From Cytophagales bacterium (GTDB lineage Bacteria > Bacteroidota > Bacteroidia > Cytophagales > UBA9547): DNA of 64,000 nucleotides. Shown piece after piece: positions 42,701 through 51,700 of this stretch (position 1 is the first letter of the stretch; each line of letters begins with the position of its first letter). The notes beneath the pieces are model-generated. The model worked only from the letters and a program-made list of their open reading frames with translations, was not told the DNA's origin and did no database searches. A program made the position numbers and the translations under genes. The DNA is taken from positions 133,863 to 197,862 of the forward strand of contig JANRIG010000022.1 of assembly GCA_033765235.1 (NCBI GenBank), written 5' to 3'.

Positions 42701-45700
42701 ATCTCCTTCAGGTATCGCAAGCATACTTAAAAATGGTGTCACAGTATATACCTTTGCAACAAGTGCTGCTGCGGCATCATATTCCGCTACTTTAGGGATA
42801 TATCAACAGGGCGATTCATTTCATTCTATTACTGTAAATAATGAAGTTGAATTTTCTCAAAATTCAGCCTTCCCCGGAACTGTAGTTTCAGTTTTTGGAA
42901 ATAATTTTGTAAGTGTGTCTGGTGTAGCAGTTTCGGGTGTAAACTCAACATTTAATGTTCAAAGTTCAACATTATTATTAATAACAGTGCCTTCTGTAAT
43001 TACAGGTAAAGTAACTGTAACTAACTACAGTGGCAGTACACAATCAGCCACCAACTTACAGGTGCTTACTCCTACCTCGCCCAACTTTGGGCAAATGCTT
43101 GTAATGGACGGGGCAGACAACCAAATAGCGGTGCCACATGACATTGCCATTAATTTTACAAACGGCTTTACGATAGAAGCCATGGTAAAATTCAACCAAA
43201 TCACCCGCACTACAGATGGGTATGACTGGCAAGCCATATTTACCAAAAGTGCATACTCACAAGCCTACGGACTTATGCTGCAAACCGAAGGGTCAAAATT
43301 ACTTCGTTTTTATCTCAACGGCTGTACCCCAAGCACTGTCACTTATGATTGGTCATCCAATCTGCTACCTAATATTTGGTATCATGTAGCTGTCTCCTAT
43401 GATGGCGTACGTGCCAAAATATATATAGACGGTGTTGAAGTGCTTAACACTCCTGTAAGTGGCAATGTATCTACAAACACCAACAGCCTAATATTTGGTG
43501 CTAGCCCTGGCAATGGACCTTACCCGCTCGATGGTAACATAGACGAGGTGCGTGTGTGGAACTTTGCACGCAGTATATCAGGTATTAATGCAAACAGATG
43601 TGATGAAATATTTGGCAACGAACCCGGCTTGGTTGCTTACTATCGCTTCAATGAGATCAATACCTCTGTCACCGCATTAGACCATTCTCCAAGCAGGCTT
43701 TTGGGCAACTTAAATAACTTTACATTGCCATCGCAAAGGGTAGCTTCTACCGCCTTATGCTACGCTCCTGCTACCATCACTGCCTTTAACCCCACTTCAG
43801 GCAATGCAGGCAGCACCTATATCAATATCACAGGCACAGGTTTCACGGCGGTGACTCAAGTTGCCATAAACAATGTGAACCTTCCATATACTGTTTTGGG
43901 AGTGAATAATATAGTGGCATTTATACCTATATCTGTCACTTCAGGTTTTGTAGTGGTGAGAAATAATGTTTTTAATACTACCTCTACAGGTATATTTACG
44001 GTCATACCCCAATATCCTGTTATCAGCAATATTTCACCATCATCTCAAAGAGAGGGAAGGGGAGTGACATTAGCAGGATTAAACTTTGCAGGTGTTACTC
44101 AGGTAAAAGCAGGAGGTAATGTAAATGCGCCATTCGCCATATTCAATACTACCTTATTGGGGTTCACTGTACCGGGTGGAGCACTTACAGGACCTGTCAC
44201 AGTTACTAACTTTTCAGGCATTGGTGAGTCGAGTACTTTCACCGTGTTGCCTACCCCTGCACCAAGTGTCACGGGTGTTAGTCCTGCTTACGCAGTGATT
44301 GGTAACCAAATCATTGCAACGGTGCAAGAAATAGAGTTTTTGCAAGGTCCTATCACATTTGGGGGCATTACCATTGGCGTATTTACGAATACAGGCAGTG
44401 CGCTTATATTTAATGTGCCTTTTGGTGCAAATTCGGGGGATATAAGAATCAAAACATTGTATGGTGGTATTTCACAAACTTCAGCAGGTACATATCTTAC
44501 AGTATTGCCTCCACCTATTATTTCTGATTTTGGCAATATTATTGCAGCCATGGGCAAATCTGCTTCAGGAGGTTGTGGCTCTGCAGGAGATATTATTACC
44601 ATATTGGGAAATAACTTTGCACCCGGCCTCACGGATGTGTATATCAACAACTTTAACTCTATAAACCCTACCGTAACTTCAAGTAACCTCATATATGCCC
44701 GAGTGCCTGACCTTGTAGGTTCACCCGGTCAAAATATTACTGGTAAAATAAAAGTACAAACTCCTGCGGGCCAAATACAATCTGTGCCTAACCTTACAGG
44801 TATATTCTGCGCCTCAAGTCCTACCACTACCATTGGGCTTGCCATAGGTGCCGGGTTTGAAATAGAAGGCAATGACCTTTTAAATATAAATGGGGTGACT
44901 GTGGCAGGAGCCAATGCTACATTCAACTATTTGAGTGGCAGTCTCAATGTAGTAGTGCCTAATGGTGCAAATACAGGAAACATTTCTGTAACATTAAGAC
45001 AATCAAGCTATTATTTTACATTCCCTTTCAGTTTCTATATATATCCTCGCCCTACCATATCAGGTATAATGCCATTGCCTGCTGCCGAGGGTAGTACCAT
45101 AAGCATAGTTGGCAGCGCACTCGACAGTGTGACTGGGGTAGCATTTGTAGGAGCCACGCAAACCATAGTATCAAACATCAATACCAACTTGGTGACACTC
45201 AGCGTACCTGACGGAGTGCAAAATGGCTTCATTACTTTATACGCAGGTGGTGGCTCGGCACTTAGCCCCGTGCAGTTTTTAGTAGCCCCTACCATTACAG
45301 GGCTCACACCTGTAGCAAATGGTGTAGGAAAACCTGTATATATCACAGGCAAAAGCCTCAATGGCATTACACAGATATTATTTAATGGGACAAATGGTTC
45401 CATAGTTTCCAAAACCAATACAAATATCACTGTAAATGTGCCCTCGGGTGCTACCACAGGCAACTTGTGGGCCATAGCTCCTATGTACACCTCGCCCGGA
45501 ATATTCTTTACTGTATTACCCCAACCTATGATTACCAACATAGCACCAGGTAGCGGTCCTGCAGGTACTATTATTTCTGTAATTGGCGAAAACTTTACCA
45601 TGGCAGGCACAAATCAAGTTACATTCAATGGTGGATCAACTGTAAATGCCACATTGTCTGGCACTAATGTACTATTGGTAGAAGTACCTGCCACTGCGCT

Positions 45701-48700
45701 CACAGGCTATATAAGCGTGAATAACAATGGAGGCTCTGCAACCAGTGCTATACAGTTTGCTGTATCACCCTCACTTACAGGTTTGTTTACCCCTTCTATA
45801 GCAGGTGCAGGTGCCATAGTTACTATTTTTGGTAAAAATCTTTCAAACCCAAATCTGGTAAGGTTCAATGGATTTATATCTACCAATTTCAGTTCCATAT
45901 CATCTACTGCCGTGCGTGCAGCAGTACCTGTTTTGGCAGGTTCGGGTGCGGTATTAGTAGATGTCACTACCGATGGCGGACAGTCTAACGGGGTGGTATA
46001 TACCATATTAGGAGCACCTACTATTGCTTCAGCTACTCCCGGCAGCGGCATAGCAGGTACTGTAGTGACCTTGACAGGTACTAATTATTTGACCAATAAT
46101 ATTGTATATGTGAATAACGCATTTGCACCAAGCACATTCGTGAGCAGCACAAAAGTTTTGGTCACTGTGCCCGGCAATGTGAGTGTGGGTATTGGCAATA
46201 TTCAACTTCAAAATCAAGGCAATGTGAATCTGCCTGACCCTGCCAACTATACCAACAGTCCGGGCAGCTTTAGTGCCATTCCACACATTGGTACCATCAC
46301 TGGAGGTTCGCCATTATTTACCATACTTACCCAAGCCAGACAAGGCGATGCCATCAGGCTCACAGGTACTAACTATCTATCAGGAGCGCAAGTGTTTTTT
46401 AACGGCTTAGTAGCCAATGCATACAGTGTGTCTAGCAATCAGTTATATGTGGTAGTACCTACAGGAGCTGCCTCAGGTAATGTGACTGTACGCACCTCCG
46501 GAGGCACCTCATCTCCTGTCACTTTTAACATCATTCCACCACCTTCCATTACTTCATTCAATCCTACCTCGGGAGTGGCAGGTACATGGGTCACAATCAC
46601 TGGCGTGGAGTTTAATGCGGTCACTAATGTCACATTTGGCAGTGTGTCATCTGTGGGATATACAGTAGTAAACTCCAATACCTTAGTGGCTTCAGTACCC
46701 GGCACTACCGGCAAAGGAAAGATAAGCATATCTGCCGCAGGTGGAGTTGCCCAAAGCAGTCTTGATTTTGTACCTACACCTGTTATCACTTCAATTAATT
46801 ATACAGAGGCACCCATAAATTCTTACATCAATATTGCAGGCACCAATTTGCACAATGCTACAGATGTGAAAATAAATGGAGTAGAGGTAGTAACTTACTC
46901 AAACTTTGGTACATCTGTATCTATATTGGTACCTAACAATGCCACAAGCGGATACATTACTCTCACCAGTGAAGGAGGTAATGCCATATCACCATACACC
47001 TTTACTGTGAGTACTATCACATCTATAAATCCTACATCAGGCATAGCGGGTAGTTTAGTCACCGTATCAGGTATAGGGTTGAGCAGTGTCACAAGCTACA
47101 ACTTTGATGGCGCCACATCATTCAATATTGTACAAAACATGGGTAATATGCTCATAGTGAGCGTACCGGGTACAGCAGAAGTTGGAAGTATAAGGCTCAA
47201 TTTTCCTAACAGTGGTCAAACAAGCTCATCGCAAATATTTAACCCATCGCCGGTTATCACTTCTATAAGCCCATATACCCATGGCACAAGCCAATTTATA
47301 AACCTGACAGGTACTAACTTGAGAGAAGTGATACATGCTGAGTTTAATGGTGTGCCAAGCAGTAACTTAGGCTCAGCCTCAGGCAGCAACAGAAACAATG
47401 TGCAAGTACCTGCCAATGCACTGTCTGGCATCATAAGTGTCACAGTATCAGGTGGTGGTACTGCATCAAGCCCATTGTCATTCACGGTAATATCCATATC
47501 TGGAGTATTTCCTGCTGTCACATTGGGTGGCAGTGAAATTACCATCACAGGTGCCAACCTCGACAGCCCGACTGCTGTAACCATTGGAGGTACTACAGTA
47601 GCAGGTATTAATGCCGGCAGCACCTCTTCCATGCTCATTACCACTGTGCCATCCAGCATATCCAGTGCGCAAATCATAGTGTACAAAGGAGGTGGATATA
47701 ATGATTCATACAGCATCAATTTGCCCAATGCTACCATTACATCTGTAAACCCAACTGTGGCGGGCTATGGCAGCATACTCACTATCAATGGTTTTCACTT
47801 TACTAATGCGCGCAATGTATGGCTTTACAATGCTTCACATTCGCCATTTAGTAATGCCCTAAACTATCAAGTGATAAACAGTAATTTGATATTGGCCACT
47901 GTTACCTCTAATGCAGTTACAGGAAATGTAAGAGTACAAGCCCAAAATAATAATATTACTACAGGCGGTCAATTAATTGTATTACCACCTACTTTGAATC
48001 CTTTGCCACATCCTGAAGTGTTGCCTGCAGGCCAATCTGTAGTGCTCAACGGAAATAACCTTACCTCACCTGCAACCCTCTCAGTAGGAGGAGCAGCCGT
48101 GACAATATCGAGCTATGGTGAAAACAGTATCACATTTACCATGCCTACCACTACAGGTAGCAATATGGTAACTGTGCAAAATGCTGCAGGGTTGAGCAGT
48201 GTCACATTCAGCTTATTCTCCATCACTTCTTTGAGTACCACAGCAGGAGTAGCAGGTAGTATTGTGAGCATTTCAGGCACATCCATGAGTTCTATTTCAG
48301 GCGTGAGATTCAACGGTGTGAGTGCCACTTATGCCATTATTTCTGACAATCAAATCATCGCATATGTACCTGACAATGCAGGCAATGGCTTAGTAAGTGT
48401 GCAAGCAGGCAGTTACAGTATCAATGCCTCACCTATATTTAACCCCATACCTGTCATCACAGGTTATTATGTATATAATGGATTAGATGCATCTACAGCT
48501 ATATCAGGCAGTAGGGTATCACTCACAGGTACTAATTTGAATAATGTAAATAGTGTGATACTTGGTGGTGGCAGCAGTGCATATGTGAGTTTTATAGGTT
48601 GTACAGGATTGTGCTGCACAGGCAACGCAAGTACATCCATATTCCCGCTTTGCGCTCCGAGCAATGCACAATCAGGCACTATATTGGCATCAAATGGCTT

Positions 48701-51700
48701 ATATACAGCCAGTTTTGGAGGGTTTAATTTTGTAGGACCACCTGTATCAATATCAGGAGTAGTATCACAACCCGGTGCTACAGTCACTATATTTGGTGCC
48801 ATGCTCAACACGGTGACTGCAGTGAGCTTTGGGGGTGTTCCGGCTGATTTCTTTACCCAATTTGGTAATACCATCGTAGCAAACATATCATTTAACTCCA
48901 CTATATCCGGCTCAGTATCAGTACTAACGCGTGGAGGCAATGTAACCTCGGCATATACTGCACCGCCAATCATTACCTCGTTTAACAAAATTCAAGGTGC
49001 CATAGGCATAGATGTAAGGGTAAATGGACTTAACCTCTCAGGCATAAGTCAAGTTGTATTCAATGGCATTACCGCTTCAGGAACTAATTTTGGAAGCTAC
49101 ATCACTGTAAATGTACCTGCAGGAGCTACCACAGGTTATGTAAATATTTCCAATGCTGCAGGTACTGCCATATCACCTGATGTATTTTCAGTGATACCAA
49201 TGCCAAGCATAGTAGGCTTTAATCCATCTCAAGGAGGCGAAGGTACATTGGTACTAATAGATGGATTTAACTTAGAAAACATCAATGCTGTATCGTTTGC
49301 CAACGGGTCACAATCTGCAAGTATCACAGGCGTGTCTGCCACACAAATATCTGTAATAGCACCCAATAATGTAAATACAGGTAAAATTGTGATTTCCAAT
49401 ACATTCTATTATCCGGGTACCATACAGTCATCAGCTGATTTTGTGGCAGCACCAGAGATATCTTCAGTAATAAATATCAGCAACAATAATGCTCCCTACA
49501 TAGGTAAAGCAGGTGAAATAATAAGAATAAATGGAATTAACTATACCAATCCTTCTTATGTATCATTTAACGGTGTAATGGCAAATACTGCCTACAATTC
49601 CAACTCACAACTTACGGCAACTGTGCCTTCAGGGGCTACTTCGGGCATTATCAGTATTACTACCTCAGGTGGTAATGTATCTTCTACTGCCAATTTTGAC
49701 ATAGTAGATATGGTAAATGTGCAGGTGAGTGCTCCCAATTCTTGTGCAGGGGCTAACTATCAGGTACTATACACTGTTACAGGCTTATTCCCAAGCGACA
49801 ATATATTTTATGTTGACATCATGAATGGTGGCTCTGTGGTGAGTAGCAATGTAGCTTCGCGCAACAGCAATACATCAAGCATAATTTATTCCATATTGCC
49901 CGGCAGTTTGATAGGCACATATCAAGTAAGGGTGAGGTCTGCATCAATATCTACCGGCTATCAACTTATATCTGCCAATAGCAATAGTTTTGGCATAACT
50001 AACGTAAACGGATGGTTGGGTGGCGACACAGGTGGGGCAGACAACTGGAACATAGCAGCTAACTGGGGATGTAATATGCAGCCAACCTCAGGCAGCTACG
50101 TAGTGATACCCTCTGTGGCACCAAGTGGAGTCATGCCGGTGATATATGGTAGTGCATCAGCCGGGTCAATATTTGTAAATGGCGGTGGCTCTGTAAACCT
50201 TACTACTTCAGGTTTGCTCACGTTGCATGGAGGCTTGACCTTGCCCGGTACTTACGGATTGGTGTGTGCTCCCAATAGTTTTGTGTTTGTAAATGCAATA
50301 GCCACATTTTGGACAAGCATAAACCATGTAGAAGTAGGAAACCTTAACATTAACAATGGCAATTTCATAAAATTAGAGTCTCCACTCAAGGTAAAAGGCA
50401 GCTTGGTGAATAATAGCACCAACCAAAATGGTACTAATGCAAAGGGCTTGAATACCAATGGATTTGCAGTAACTGTAGAGGGCACGGCATTCCAAGCGGT
50501 TGGCACACCCAATGCAACCACTACATTTGATGAATTGTATTTGAACAATAATGTAACAGGTGCAGGAGTAGCATTGGCAGGGGCAGTGCAAGTGAAATGT
50601 AAGTTTGTGAACATGGGTATATTCTATGCCAACGGATTTTTGACCGAGTTTATCAACAGTCCATGTACGCCAATAGTACAAGGCACATCCAACACAGAGT
50701 TTCATGACATAGCCATAAGCAACACCGTGACAGCAGTATCTATACAAAGCAAGGTGAAAGTAAGGGGCAATTTTGTAAATCAAAGTAGTGCTCGCGGAGT
50801 AGTAATGACACCAACTGCAGGAATAGAATTTAGTGGAAATGCAGTGGCACAAACCATAGAAGCCAATGGTCAAACACTACAATACAATGATTTGGTGGTA
50901 AACAACCCTATGGGAGTATCACTCACCACCACTTTTGGTAACAATCTGATAGTGAGTGGTAATTTTGTGAACAATGGTGTATTCACAGACCCGTCCAATA
51001 CATTATCATTTACAGGAAGTAATACCTCTATATCAGGCACAGGCATATTCAACTTAAATAATATAGAACTTACCAGTGCAGCAGGTATATCAGTGGTGGC
51101 TCCAGTGAATGTGAAAGGTAATATAAAAGTAAGGGGCAACTTCAAAGCTACAGGACAGACACTTACCATGAATGCCACAGGCTCCCAAACCATAGAAAGT
51201 GTGAACAATATAGTAGTATCACTGGCGGGATTAAACATAGCAGCTACTTCTACGGTGACCTCCACAGCACCTTTAGCAGTATCAGGTCATCTACAAACAG
51301 ACGGTAATACAGTGCTCACAGTGGTAGATTTTGTAGGCACTTCTCCACAAATCATTAGCGGAGCAGGTAATATTACTATTGGGGGATTGAATAATAATGG
51401 CATGACTACCTTGGGCATTGCTACCTCCATAGAAGTGACAGGAAATGTGATAAACAATGCACCATTGGAGGCACAAGCAGGCACAGCCATTACATTTGCA
51501 GGTACTAACCAAACCATTGGAGGTGCAGTAGAACCTGTACTCAACAATGTATCTATAGCTCCTGCATCTACTGTGACACTCACACGCTCAATACGTACAC
51601 GAGGCAATTTTAACCCTACAGGTACATTTGTACCCAATAATCAGACTGTGACTTTCGCAGCTTCGGGTAGCCAAAATGTAGAAAGTACTCATGTAGTATC

